From positions 1-45,004 of the IMG/VR virus record IMGVR_UViG_3300033181_000233: 45,004 nt of DNA; one strand, given 5' to 3'. The position numbers and the translations under genes were made by a program. Under the pieces are notes generated by a model. That model was given only the letters and a program-made list of their open reading frames with translations, was not told where the DNA came from and made no database searches. Position 1 is the first letter of the stretch. Each line of letters begins with the position of its first letter. Origin of the DNA: a virus. Its lineage: Duplodnaviria > Caudoviricetes. Of this stretch, positions 17,334 to 26,954 are shown piece by piece.

Positions 17334-18590
17334 ATGTCCGCAGTGCTACAGGCGAAGTCGAAGATCCGTGACCTCGCCACGAAGGCCAACGAGATCGCCA
17401 CGAACGGCGACCTCACCGCAGCCGAGAAGAACACCGCTCTCGACCAGATCGAGACGGACATCAAGGGCTTCACCGACGTCATCGGCGTCCACGAGCGCGC
17501 GCAGCGCCTCATGGTCGGCGGGGACGCGCTGCCCGAGGAGAAGGGCGCGGACCCCGTGCCCGTGCAGGCGAAGAGCCTCGGCGAGCAGATCGCCGCTTCC
17601 GACGTGTTCGCGACCGCGCTGCGCTCCAAGGGCCTCACCAAGTTCGACGCGAGCATGGACATCGGCACGAAGGCCGTCGCCGCCCCCATCACCGAGGGCA
17701 CGACGATCGTCGGCGACCACCTGAACGGCACCACGGGCGCGATCGTCACCCCGAACTACCTGCCCGGCATCGTCCCGATGCTGTTCCAGCAGTTGCTGGT
17801 GGCAGACCTGTTCGCGCAGGGGACCACGGACTCGCCGCTGATCTCCTTCGTGAAGGAGGGCACCTGGAACGACAACTCCGCAGCGGTCGCCGAGGGCGCG
17901 CTGAAGCCGCTCTCTGACGACAGCTTCCTGCGGAGTGCGGTGCAGGTCGGGAAGATCGCGAACACCATGAAGATGACCGACGAGATGGTGCAGGACGTCG
18001 GCCAGGTCGTCGGCTTCCTGAACGAGCGTCTCGTCTTCGGCGTGAAGCGCCAGGAGGAAGTGCAGCTGCTGTCCGGCACCGGCTACCCGGGCGTGCTGGG
18101 GCTGCTCGGCCAGACTGGGCTGTCGCCGGCCGTCGCGGCAGCCACGGCCACGACGAACCCGACGCAGGCGCTGGATGCGCTCTACCAGCAGGTCACGCAC
18201 ATCCGCACGACCCAGTTCCTCGAGCCGGACGCCTGTCTGATCAACCCGGTGGACTGGCAGAACATCCGTCTGGCGAAGGACAAGAACGGCCAGTACTACG
18301 CGGGTGGCCCGTTCACCGGCGCCTACGGCAACGGCGGGTTCTCCAACGTCGATGCACTGTGGGGGCTGCGGATGGTGCAGACGGCGGCGGCCCCGCTGGG
18401 CGCGCCGATCGTCGGCGCGTTCCGCCAGGGCGGGCAGATCTTCCGCCGGCAGGGCATCACCGTGGAGATGACCAACAGCAACGAGGATGATTTCCGCCAC
18501 AACCTGATCATGGTGCGCGCGGAGGAGCGACTGGCCCTGGCGATCTTCCGGCCGGGCGCGTTCGGCCAGGTCACCATCACCTGGGCCTGA
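17334..18590 (+). CDS. HK97-fold major capsid protein
   Basis: Coiled N-terminal delta domain, VAEGALKP, NPVDWQNIRLAKDKNGQY and NLIMVRAEERLAL...RP. Confidence 0.96.
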   Translation: MSAVLQAKSKIRDLATKANEIATNGDLTAAEKNTALDQIETDIKGFTDVIGVHERAQRLMVGGDALPEEKGADPVPVQAKSLGEQIAASDVFATALRSKGLTKFDASMDIGTKAVAAPITEGTTIVGDHLNGTTGAIVTPNYLPGIVPMLFQQLLVADLFAQGTTDSPLISFVKEGTWNDNSAAVAEGALKPLSDDSFLRSAVQVGKIANTMKMTDEMVQDVGQVVGFLNERLVFGVKRQEEVQLLSGTGYPGVLGLLGQTGLSPAVAAATATTNPTQALDALYQQVTHIRTTQFLEPDACLINPVDWQNIRLAKDKNGQYYAGGPFTGAYGNGGFSNVDALWGLRMVQTAAAPLGAPIVGAFRQGGQIFRRQGITVEMTNSNEDDFRHNLIMVRAEERLALAIFRPGAFGQVTITWA

Positions 18591-18604
18591 TCCACTCGGT
18601 GACC

Positions 18605-18639
18605 GCTCCGGCGCCAGTACACACGTTTGGCGCCGGAGC
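18605..18639 (+). terminator. Hairpin after the capsid gene
   Basis: GCTCCGGCGCCA / TGGCGCCGGAGC form a 12-bp perfect stem. Confidence 0.55.
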
Positions 18640-18664
18640 GTCCCCCTGACCGAAGGAGGAGCGC

Positions 18665-18904
18665 GTGCCCACTCACCACCCCGAGGACTACGAGGCCATC
18701 ACCGGCATCAAGCCCACGGACACCGACGACGAGGTCATTCCCTTGTACGTGCTGCCGGACGCGAAGACCACCACGGTCGCCGCCCTGGCTGGCAGCACCG
18801 GTGCCGAGGCCACGATCAAGGTGATCACTGCTCTGCCTCAGCAGATCCCGCAGCCGGAGACCCGGGCCGACGTGAAGAGCTCGCCGACAGTCGAGACCGG
18901 CTGA
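18665..18904 (+). CDS. Small head-region protein
   Basis: AAGGAGGAG RBS; position after the capsid gene. Confidence 0.75.
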   Translation: MPTHHPEDYEAITGIKPTDTDDEVIPLYVLPDAKTTTVAALAGSTGAEATIKVITALPQQIPQPETRADVKSSPTVETG

Positions 18905-18905
18905 G

Positions 18906-19505
18906 ATGGACCCCCTCCTCTCGGTCGGGGAGTTCGCCGCCCTGACCGGTCGAGGGCAGCCCGATCCGCTGGTCACGCTCGCCGCGTCGGGGATCGTGAG
19001 GGCGTACTGCGGGTGGGAGATCAGCGAGGTCGTCGACCAGGCAGTGACCCTGGACGTGGCCGACGGTGGCTCCCAGGTGATGCTGCCGACATTGCGGTTG
19101 ACGAACGTCTCGGCCGTGGTTGTCAACGGTGTCGGTGCCTACGGGCTGCCGCCTGTGCAGCCGGCCTCGTGGACGTGGTCGACCGCGGGCATCGTCTGCC
19201 TGGCCTGGCCGTATTGGAACACCCTCTACGACCAGCCGCAGTCGCCGAGATATCCGTCTGGGCTGGGCCGGTTGACGGTCACGTACTCTGGTGGCTATCC
19301 GGCGGGCAGCGTGCCGGACGAGATCAAGGCGGTCACGTGCTCCGTTGCTGAGCGGGTGACCGCGCCGTCGGACATCGCGCAGCGGTTGGAGAACGTCGGC
19401 GGAATCCAGACGAACACCACCTATGCCCGGGCCTCGGACGGCAACGGCCTGTCGGCTACGGAGGTGGCCGTGCTGGCCCGTTACCGCATCCCGGAGTTCC
19501 GGTGA
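18906..19505 (+). CDS. Head-to-tail adaptor
   Basis: ASGIVRAYCGW...LPTLRLTNVSAV...VTYSGGY...VPDEIK; gene order. Confidence 0.8.
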   Translation: MDPLLSVGEFAALTGRGQPDPLVTLAASGIVRAYCGWEISEVVDQAVTLDVADGGSQVMLPTLRLTNVSAVVVNGVGAYGLPPVQPASWTWSTAGIVCLAWPYWNTLYDQPQSPRYPSGLGRLTVTYSGGYPAGSVPDEIKAVTCSVAERVTAPSDIAQRLENVGGIQTNTTYARASDGNGLSATEVAVLARYRIPEFR

Positions 19506-19849
19506 GTTTGCCGGCGGCGATGTGCCAGACCGTGACGGTGGTCCGTGCCGGTGAGTCGGTGGAGACCCCCCTGGGGTACTCCCCGGGCCCGTCGACGCCG
19601 CACGACGTCGACTGGTGCTCTCTGCAGCCGCTGCGTGGGGTCAGCTCGACGGAGTCGAACACCGCGTCAGCGGACCAGGCGGTCACCCGGTGGCTGCTAT
19701 TCGCGCCGCCGGGCGCGGACATTCTCGCGTCGGACCGGGTGCAGCAGGGGCCTCTGGACCTGCAGGTGGACGGTGACCCGGCGACCTGGCCGGGTCCGAA
19801 TGGCCGGCCGCACCACGTCGAGGCGTACTTGAAGCGCTGGGAGGGCTGA
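19502..19849 (+). CDS. Head-to-tail stopper/closure protein
   Basis: CSLQP...ADILASDRV...VDGDP...HHVEAYLKRWEG. Confidence 0.8.
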   Translation: MSLPAAMCQTVTVVRAGESVETPLGYSPGPSTPHDVDWCSLQPLRGVSSTESNTASADQAVTRWLLFAPPGADILASDRVQQGPLDLQVDGDPATWPGPNGRPHHVEAYLKRWEG

Positions 19850-19850
19850 G

Positions 19851-20168
19851 ATGCCGGTCGAGTTCGTCCCGGACTACGAGGGTATCGGTGAGCTGATGCG
19901 CTCCCCGGTGGTGACTGATGCTCTCGCTGAGCAGGCGCACGCGGTGTACGTCCGGGCCCGGGACGATGCGACCAGCGCCGGTGAGACCGGGTTCGCGGCC
20001 GCGTTGCGCGTGGAGGTGGGGGTCCGGCCGAAGGGCCGCCCGTACGCGACGGTGATCGCCGACGACCCGGCGGCGGGGGCAGTGGAGTTCGGGTCGAGTT
20101 CGCACCCGGTGCGCCGCCGGATTCTCGGCCGTGCCGCGGGCGTCGTCATCTATCCAATGAAGGGCTGA
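19851..20168 (+). CDS. Neck protein (HK97 gp10-like position)
   Basis: AVEFGSS...RRILGRAA; gene order. Confidence 0.7.
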   Translation: MPVEFVPDYEGIGELMRSPVVTDALAEQAHAVYVRARDDATSAGETGFAAALRVEVGVRPKGRPYATVIADDPAAGAVEFGSSSHPVRRRILGRAAGVVIYPMKG

Positions 20169-20171
20169 GCG

Positions 20172-20336
20172 ATGGCTGACCTCGAGGTGGAGCTCTTCGC
20201 CCGAGTCGACGGTGGCCCGATCGTGTCGATGGGCAAGATGCGGATCCCCGCGCCCACCGACGACGACGAGAAGGACGTGGGGTTCGGCTGGCAGGATGGC
20301 GCCGCCGATCCTCCCGGCCCGCCTGACCGCCGGTGA
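20172..20336 (+). CDS. 54-aa hypothetical protein inserted in the neck module
   Basis: MADLEVELFARVDGGPIVSMGKMRIP...; fills the gap and is GTGA-coupled. Confidence 0.5.
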   Translation: MADLEVELFARVDGGPIVSMGKMRIPAPTDDDEKDVGFGWQDGAADPPGPPDRR

Positions 20337-20752
20337 CCCGGCCGTGGCAGACCGCTAGCGGGGTCTGGCCGATCATCGAGACGGTCGTCGTGGCCGCGTT
20401 GCGGGCGGCGGTTCCCACCGTTGACGGGCAGCCAGTCACGGTGACCACGGAGACCGACCTGACCTTGAAGGATCGCCTGCCGCTGCTGCGTGTTCACGCG
20501 CTCGGTGGCGGCGCGTCCGACGGGTTCGATGACGACGCGGCCGTCGACGTCGAGTCGTTCGCCTTGACCCGCGAGCAGATGTGGGAGCTCGCCGGGCTCG
20601 CGCACCGAGCAGTGCTCTTGCTCCCCCAGGGTGGCGTCGTCGACGACGTCACCGTCACGTCCACTCCCGGCTACATCGACTACGGCACCCCCGAGATCCG
20701 CCGTGCTCTCGCGACCTACCGCCTGACCACCCGGGCACAGACGTCCGTCTGA
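20333..20752 (+). CDS. Tail terminator
   Basis: LPLLRVHALGGG...VDVESFA...RRALATYRLTTR; directly before the major tail gene. Confidence 0.8.
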   Translation: MTRPWQTASGVWPIIETVVVAALRAAVPTVDGQPVTVTTETDLTLKDRLPLLRVHALGGGASDGFDDDAAVDVESFALTREQMWELAGLAHRAVLLLPQGGVVDDVTVTSTPGYIDYGTPEIRRALATYRLTTRAQTSV

Positions 20753-20785
20753 CCCGTTCCACCCGCACCAGACGGAGGAAGAGCC

Positions 20786-21433
20786 ATGCCCGCGACCCTC
20801 GATGCGGCCCTCGCGGCCGGCCTGAACGGCAACCTGGTCTACAAGTTCGGTACCGGCGGCGTGTGGCTGGCCGACTACTCGGTCGCGTGCCCGGCGACCG
20901 TGTTGAACGCTGCGCAGACCGACGTGGTGATCCCGACGGGGTTCGTATTCGCCGGGTGGGGCACCGTGGACGGGATCACGATCAACCGTGCGCAGTCGAA
21001 CACGAACCTGATGGGTTGGCAGTCCACGCAGGCGGTCCGCAACGACGTCGAGTCTGACGTGACGAGCCTGGACGTGAAGCTGATGGAGAACAACGCAGTC
21101 ACGATCGCCATCCAGACGAAGCAGCTGATCTCCACGGTGCCGGTAAAGCCGGGTGTCGCGGGTGCCATCAACAACCCGGTGGACGGCGCAGAGCCGGCCC
21201 GCCGGGGCATCTGGGTCGGTTACGACCGCAAGCACGACGTCATCAAGGCGCAGATCCTTCCTCAGCTGTCGCTGACCACCCCGAACGGGCAGTCGGTGAA
21301 GCGGACCGACGCGAACACCCTGGACTGCGGCTTCACCGCCTATTTCGATCCGGCCTACGGCACCGACGCCCGGACCATCTGGGGCGGCGCCGGCTGGCTG
21401 GCCGCGGCTGTGAGCGCTGCTCCGACTGTCTGA
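20786..21433 (+). CDS. Major tail protein
   Basis: GGAGG RBS; GWGTVDGITI...GWQS...VRND...LME...TAYFDP. Confidence 0.85.
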   Translation: MPATLDAALAAGLNGNLVYKFGTGGVWLADYSVACPATVLNAAQTDVVIPTGFVFAGWGTVDGITINRAQSNTNLMGWQSTQAVRNDVESDVTSLDVKLMENNAVTIAIQTKQLISTVPVKPGVAGAINNPVDGAEPARRGIWVGYDRKHDVIKAQILPQLSLTTPNGQSVKRTDANTLDCGFTAYFDPAYGTDARTIWGGAGWLAAAVSAAPTV

Positions 21434-21448
21434 TCGGAGTTCCTGATC

Positions 21449-21524
21449 GGGTGGGGGCGGCGGCTCCAGCGGTGGGTCACGCCGCCCTCACCCTTCCCAC
21501 GCCTGCGTGGGAGACCCACCGCTG
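21449..21524 (+). promoter_or_regulatory. Structured RNA element (H-type pseudoknot or two-state switch) upstream of the tail assembly chaperone
   Basis: Stem 1 pairs 21449-21462 with 21480-21493. Stem 2 pairs 21467-21478 with 21513-21524. A hairpin lies at 21495-21512. Confidence 0.6.
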
Positions 21525-21549
21525 ACCCCACCGCGAATGGAGAGCAGTG

Positions 21550-21885
21550 ATGCCGAAGCCGACGAAGTTCGCTCGCGGGCAGATCCGCGAGCAGATGGTC
21601 GCGAAGCTCGGGACGGACAAGGTCACCCTGACCCTGTCCGATGGGACCGACGTGTCGTGGCAGCACCCGCAGCTGCGGGGGTCGAAGGTCAGCGCGACGC
21701 TGCAGTCGTTCCTCGCCGCCGAGGACGGGCCGGGGTTCGCCCGGGAGCTGCTGGGGGACGAGCAGTGGGACCTACTGGTCGCTGACTGCGAGGACGAGGA
21801 CGAGGCCACCGACGAGGTGATACTCGCCGACCATGAGGAGCAGATCCGGACCCGGGGGCTGTTCGAGAGTCGCCCTACACGCTGA
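21550..21885 (+). CDS. Tail assembly chaperone (G)
   Basis: Between major tail and tape measure; FARELLGDEQWD. Confidence 0.8.
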   Translation: MPKPTKFARGQIREQMVAKLGTDKVTLTLSDGTDVSWQHPQLRGSKVSATLQSFLAAEDGPGFARELLGDEQWDLLVADCEDEDEATDEVILADHEEQIRTRGLFESRPTR

Positions 21886-22292
21886 CCGACGTCCTCGGGG
21901 GGCACCCCGAGGCGGCGGAGGCGTCCCTGATCGCCGCCTACGGGCGGGACGCGGTCGGGGAGTTCTGGCGGGGCGAGATCACCCTGCGGGACCTGCGGGT
22001 CCTCGTGGCCGGCCTGCCGCCGACGTCGGCGCTTGCCCGGGCCCAGCGTGGGCACGCCTGGGGGGACGGGGAGTTCCTGCTCGCCGAGCTCGCCGATCGG
22101 GTGGGGCAGCTGTTGGAGCTGACCCGGGCGGCGAACACGGAGGACCACGAGTTCCACGCGCCGGAGCCCCTGCCCCGGCCCGGTGACGACCGCCGCAGAG
22201 CTGTCCAGGCGCGGCGGGAGCGGCGGGAGCTGGAGCTGGACCAAGAGGCGCTGTTCGGACTGGTGACCGTCGAGGACAACGCGGGGGGGTGA
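21837..22292 (+). CDS. Tail assembly chaperone frameshift extension (T), -1 frame
   Basis: Open -1 frame reading SPYTLTDVLGGHPEAAEASLIAAYGRDAVGEFWRGEITLRDLRVLVAGLPPTSALARA..., with no start codon near its beginning. Confidence 0.75.
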   Translation, partial: GADPDPGAVRESPYTLTDVLGGHPEAAEASLIAAYGRDAVGEFWRGEITLRDLRVLVAGLPPTSALARAQRGHAWGDGEFLLAELADRVGQLLELTRAANTEDHEFHAPEPLPRPGDDRRRAVQARRERRELELDQEALFGLVTVEDNAGG

Positions 22293-22298
22293 CCTCCC

Positions 22299-25200
22299 GT
22301 GCCCCGTGCTGGTGCTGTGTGGGTGTCAGTCCTGCCCGACATGTCCAAGTTCGCGTCGTCGATGCGGGTCGGCCTGTCGATGCCGCTGGGGGGTCTCGGG
22401 CGGGACGCGGGTCGTTCCTTCGGTGGCGCGTTTTCCGCTGAGGCTGGGCGGTCCGCTGAGGCGGTGGGTCGTTCGGTCCAGGTCGCAGCGGACAAGCAGG
22501 CCGCGGCCGCTGGGCGACTCCAGTTGGCAGCGGACAAGCAGGCCTCTGCCGTGGGGCGGCTGCGGGTCGCTCAGCTGCAGCTGACGGAGGTGCAGGGCAA
22601 GGGCAAGGCGTCCGCTGTCCAGCTAGCGGCCGCTGAGGAACGGGTTGCGGTCGCCACCCGGGGGCTCGGGGCCGCCGAGGAGCGGGTCGCGGGCGCGACC
22701 CGGGCGCAGGCCGCGGCCGCGCGGGGCCTCACGGTCGCGCAGGGCGAGGTCGCCGCTTCCGCTGAGGTCGCGGGCAGCCGGGCCACTGGGTTCGGGTCCC
22801 GGGTGGAGGGCGCCGGCCGCCGGGCCAGCCGTTCCATCGGCGGGCTCGGCAAAGAGGTCCTCGGGCTGGGTGGGCTATTCGCCGGGTTCGCGGCGGTCGG
22901 GTTCTTGAGTAAGTCGATCAAGGACGCCGGTGACTTCCAGAAGCAGATGATGCTGCTGGTCACCGCGGGTGGTGAGGCGAGCTCCAACCTGGGCCTGGTC
23001 TCCAATGGGATCAAGGCGCTCGCGGTGAGCACGGGCACGTCTACGACGGACCTCGCGTCGGGCATGTACGTGATGGAGAAGGCCGGCCTGCGCGGGGCGA
23101 ATGGCCTGACGGTGCTGAAGGCGGCCGCGCAGGGCGCGAAGGACGAGAACGCGAACCTGGGCGTCGTCACCAATGCGCTGACCTCGGTGATGCGTTCCTA
23201 CAACCTGCCGGCGGCGCAGGCGAACTCGGTCATGAACCAGATGGTCGTCGCGGCCGGTGAGTCCAAGACGAGCATGGAGAACTTCGCTGGGTCGCTGTCG
23301 ACGGTTATGCCGCTGGCATCGTCGGCCGGGATCTCCTTCGCTCAGGTGGGCGGTGCGATCGCGACCTTGACGTCGCATGGCACCTCGGCGGATCAGGCGA
23401 CGCAGGATCTCGCGTTCACCATCCGGTCCTTGCAGGCGCCGAACAATGTCGCGACGCTGGCGATGGCGCAGCTCGGCCTGAACTCGCAGGACGTCGCGAG
23501 CCGCCTCGGCAAGCGGGGCCTGACGGGCACCATCGAGATGCTGTCGGCCACGGTGCTGCACCAGATGGGCCCGAGCGGGCAGGTGCTGCTGCGGACCTTC
23601 AACAACTCCACGGTCGCGGCGCTCGACGCGCAGCAGATGTTCCAGCGGCTCCCACCAGCAGCGCAGGCCGCCGCGCGCGGCTTCCTGTCCGGGGACCTGA
23701 CGCTGAAGGCATTCCGCCACACGGTGATGGGGATGCCGGCGCCGGTCGCATCCCTGGCGGCGCAGTGGGCTGCCACGGAGAACAAGTCGAAGGGCTTCAA
23801 CCAGCAGTTGCGGTCCGGGAATCAGGCGAGCCTGACGTACACGGCGACGATGAAGAAGGTGATGGGGGGCGCCGCCGGTTTGCAGACCGCCCTGATGTTG
23901 ACGGGCGGGTCGGCGGGTTTCTTCAACCACGCGGTCGGTGCGATCGGGGCAAGTGCCAAGACGACCGGGTCGGATATCACCGCGTGGAAGATGGCGCAGG
24001 AGACCTTCAACGTTCAGCTGGACCGGTTCAAGCAGAGCGTAAACGTCGCGGGGATCACTCTCGGGACGGCACTGCTGCCGCCGCTGACCCGGTTCGCGGC
24101 CTGGCTGGCCAACAACGTCCCCCGGGTCGTCGCGTTCTCACAGGCCCACAGCGGCATGATCAAGCCGCTGCTGGTGGTGACCGGCGCGATCATCGGCCTG
24201 ACGGTCGCCTCGGCCGCTTTGAACGCGGTGATGGCGATCAACCCGTACGTGCTGATCGCGGCCGGGGTGGTCGCGCTGGGCATTGGCCTGGTGATGCTGT
24301 ACCGGCACAGCGAGACGTTCCGGTCGGTGGTCGGCGCGGCCATGCACGGCGGCGCTGTCGCTGTCGGCTGGGTGGTGACGGCCTTCCACGCGGTGGTATC
24401 GGCTGGTGGGGTCGCGGCCCGGTGGGTGCAGGGCGCGTGGGGCTCCGCGGTGGGTGTGGTGTCCAGTGCGACGCGGACCGCGGTTGCCGGCGCGACCCGG
24501 GCGTGGTCCGGACTGGTGGGCGGCGCGCAGAGCGCTTGGCGCGGGGTCACGGGTGCCGTCGGCGGGGCCGCCCGCGGTATCCGCTCGGCGATGCAGTCCG
24601 TGGGTGCGGCGGCGGGGTGGCTGTGGCACAGCGTGTTCGAGCCGGTCGCGCAGGGCATCGGCGGCGCGGTGATGTGGCTGTGGCGGACGCAGATCAACCC
24701 GACGGTGCGGCTGATCGCGGGGATCACCTCGTGGCTGGGGAATGCTTTCTACCAGTCGGCGATCCTTATCAAGGACGTCGCGATCTACCTGGTCGCGTCG
24801 TCGGTGCTGTGGTTGTGGAACACGGTCATCAACCCGACGTTCCGGCTGGTCGCTGGGCTGGCGGGCTGGCTGTACCGGTATGGGATCAAGCCGCAGTTCG
24901 ACGCGATCAGCACGGTTATCGGCGCTGTCGGGACGGCCGCGCACGACACATGGAATGACCTGATCCAGCCGGCATGGAAGGCGATTTCCGGCGGGGCCGA
25001 GACCATGTGGTCTCAACACATCCAGCCGATGTTCTCCGCGATCGGTGGGGCGTTCGGCGCGGTCGGGACGGCTGCTCACGTCATGTGGGCGTCCTACCTG
25101 CAGCCGGCTTTCTCGGCGGTGGAGTCGGCGTCGAAAGGGCTGTGGACCGCCTACGTCAGCCCGTTCTTCAACAACATTCGGACGATGATCGGCACGACGA

Positions 25201-26954
25201 TTCCGAACGTGTTCTACAGCGGTGTGAAGGCAGTGACGACCCACCTCCAATCGTGGGGCACAGCGGTCAGCAATCTGTGGGCGAAGTACGTGTCGCCTAT
25301 CGGGGACAGCATCCAGAAGTGGATTGTCACGGACGTCCCGAGCTACTTCGCGACGGGCGTCGCGGCCATCGGTAAGGCGTGGTCCGGCCTTTCCGACATC
25401 GCGAAGGTGCCGATCAAGTTCCTCGTGAACACGGTGCTGAATGGCGGCCTGATCTGGGCGTTCAACAAGATCGCCGGTGCGGTGCACAGCTCGGCGCACA
25501 TCAACCCGATCCAGCTGCCGAAGGGTTTCGCGTCCGGCGGCTGGATCAAGGGGCCGGGGACGGGGACCAGCGACAGCATCCTGGGTCGGTTCAGTCACGG
25601 CGAGTTCGTGGTGAACGCGCGGTCGGCCGAGAAGCACGCGGGACTGTTGGAGCGAATCAACGGCGGTCCCGGCGCCGGTCCGAGCCGGGCCGGCGCGATG
25701 CCCGCGTTCAGCGTGGGCGGCTGGGTGGACAGCGCGTGGAAGAAGGTCACGTCGGGTGCCAGCGGTCTGATCGGCGCCCTGAGCGACCCAGCGAAGCTGC
25801 TGGAGAAGCTGGTCCCGTTGGGCGAGCTGAAGCAGTTCGGCGGGTCGGGAATGGGCCAGCTGGTCGGGGACACGGCCCGGTCGGCGTTCGGGGTGGTGAA
25901 GGACTCACTCGTCGGGATTCTCGGGTCGCTACTGGGTGGCGGCGGCGGTGGGATCGCGGACGGCCCGGCGATCGTGGCGGCGGCGCGGAAGTTCATCGGC
26001 GTCCCGTACCTGTGGGGCGGGACGGAGCCGAACGGCTTCGACTGCTCCGGGCTGGTGCAGTACATCCTGGGGAAGTTCAACGTCCACGCGCCGCGGACGG
26101 CGGCGCAGCAGGAAGCGTGGGCGACCCCGGAGCCGGCGCGGGCGGCTGGCATCGGTGACCTGGTGTTCTTCGACCAGCCAACAGGCCACGTGGGCATCAA
26201 TGAGGGCAACGGTCGGATGATCGACGCCCCGCACACTGGGGCGTTCATCCGGGAGGAAAACATCTGGCCGGGCGCACGGTACGGCCGCATCCCTGGGATG
26301 GCTGCCAGGCCCGGTGCGCCGGGCGGCGGGGGCCCGGGCGGTGGCGGCGCGGGGATGCCGACCGGGGACATGGTGACCCGGTGGGCGCCGTTGGTGACCC
26401 AGACCCTCGGCGAGCTGGGTCTGTCGCAGTCCGGCGGGATGATCGCCCGGGTTCTCCGGCAGATCAAGACGGAGTCCGGCGGTGACCCGAATGCGACGCA
26501 GGGGAACATCGGGGACGTCAACAACCGGACCGGGGACCTCGGCCGTGGCCTGATGCAGGTGATCCGGGCGACGTTCGATGCCTACGCGGGGCCGACGAGG
26601 CCATTCGGGCAGTACAACCCGCATGCCAGCATCTATGCCGGACTGAACTACGACAGCCATAAATTCGGCGGCAACCCGAACCTTTCCGACCTCGGGCAGG
26701 GCCACGGGTACGACAACGGCGGCTATTTGCCGCCGGGGACGACGTTGGTCCACAACGACTCGAATGTTCCGGAGCCGGTGTTCAGCGGTCGGCAGTGGGA
26801 CATTCTGAAGCGCAACGGCGCCGACGGCAGCGGCAGTGGCGGGGGTGACACGCACATTCACGTCGTCCCGCAGCACTCGAATGTGTCGATGGATGACCTG
26901 CTCGCTCTCCGGGACCGGGAGGCGGTGCTGAACCGGTCGGGGAGGCGCAGCTGA
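22299..26954 (+). CDS. Tape measure protein with NlpC/P60 and lytic transglycosylase domains
   Basis: 1551 aa, Ala/Gly-rich with Trp-periodic repeats. GVPYLWGG...FDCSGLVQY...GHVGI (NlpC/P60) and TESGGDPNA...GLMQVI (transglycosylase). Confidence 0.95.
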   Translation: MPRAGAVWVSVLPDMSKFASSMRVGLSMPLGGLGRDAGRSFGGAFSAEAGRSAEAVGRSVQVAADKQAAAAGRLQLAADKQASAVGRLRVAQLQLTEVQGKGKASAVQLAAAEERVAVATRGLGAAEERVAGATRAQAAAARGLTVAQGEVAASAEVAGSRATGFGSRVEGAGRRASRSIGGLGKEVLGLGGLFAGFAAVGFLSKSIKDAGDFQKQMMLLVTAGGEASSNLGLVSNGIKALAVSTGTSTTDLASGMYVMEKAGLRGANGLTVLKAAAQGAKDENANLGVVTNALTSVMRSYNLPAAQANSVMNQMVVAAGESKTSMENFAGSLSTVMPLASSAGISFAQVGGAIATLTSHGTSADQATQDLAFTIRSLQAPNNVATLAMAQLGLNSQDVASRLGKRGLTGTIEMLSATVLHQMGPSGQVLLRTFNNSTVAALDAQQMFQRLPPAAQAAARGFLSGDLTLKAFRHTVMGMPAPVASLAAQWAATENKSKGFNQQLRSGNQASLTYTATMKKVMGGAAGLQTALMLTGGSAGFFNHAVGAIGASAKTTGSDITAWKMAQETFNVQLDRFKQSVNVAGITLGTALLPPLTRFAAWLANNVPRVVAFSQAHSGMIKPLLVVTGAIIGLTVASAALNAVMAINPYVLIAAGVVALGIGLVMLYRHSETFRSVVGAAMHGGAVAVGWVVTAFHAVVSAGGVAARWVQGAWGSAVGVVSSATRTAVAGATRAWSGLVGGAQSAWRGVTGAVGGAARGIRSAMQSVGAAAGWLWHSVFEPVAQGIGGAVMWLWRTQINPTVRLIAGITSWLGNAFYQSAILIKDVAIYLVASSVLWLWNTVINPTFRLVAGLAGWLYRYGIKPQFDAISTVIGAVGTAAHDTWNDLIQPAWKAISGGAETMWSQHIQPMFSAIGGAFGAVGTAAHVMWASYLQPAFSAVESASKGLWTAYVSPFFNNIRTMIGTTIPNVFYSGVKAVTTHLQSWGTAVSNLWAKYVSPIGDSIQKWIVTDVPSYFATGVAAIGKAWSGLSDIAKVPIKFLVNTVLNGGLIWAFNKIAGAVHSSAHINPIQLPKGFASGGWIKGPGTGTSDSILGRFSHGEFVVNARSAEKHAGLLERINGGPGAGPSRAGAMPAFSVGGWVDSAWKKVTSGASGLIGALSDPAKLLEKLVPLGELKQFGGSGMGQLVGDTARSAFGVVKDSLVGILGSLLGGGGGGIADGPAIVAAARKFIGVPYLWGGTEPNGFDCSGLVQYILGKFNVHAPRTAAQQEAWATPEPARAAGIGDLVFFDQPTGHVGINEGNGRMIDAPHTGAFIREENIWPGARYGRIPGMAARPGAPGGGGPGGGGAGMPTGDMVTRWAPLVTQTLGELGLSQSGGMIARVLRQIKTESGGDPNATQGNIGDVNNRTGDLGRGLMQVIRATFDAYAGPTRPFGQYNPHASIYAGLNYDSHKFGGNPNLSDLGQGHGYDNGGYLPPGTTLVHNDSNVPEPVFSGRQWDILKRNGADGSGSGGGDTHIHVVPQHSNVSMDDLLALRDREAVLNRSGRRS

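Noticed and set aside
21449-21524. HDV-like ribozyme
   Set aside because: The stem order is superficially similar, but there is no P3/L3 and no J4/2 strand with a catalytic C.
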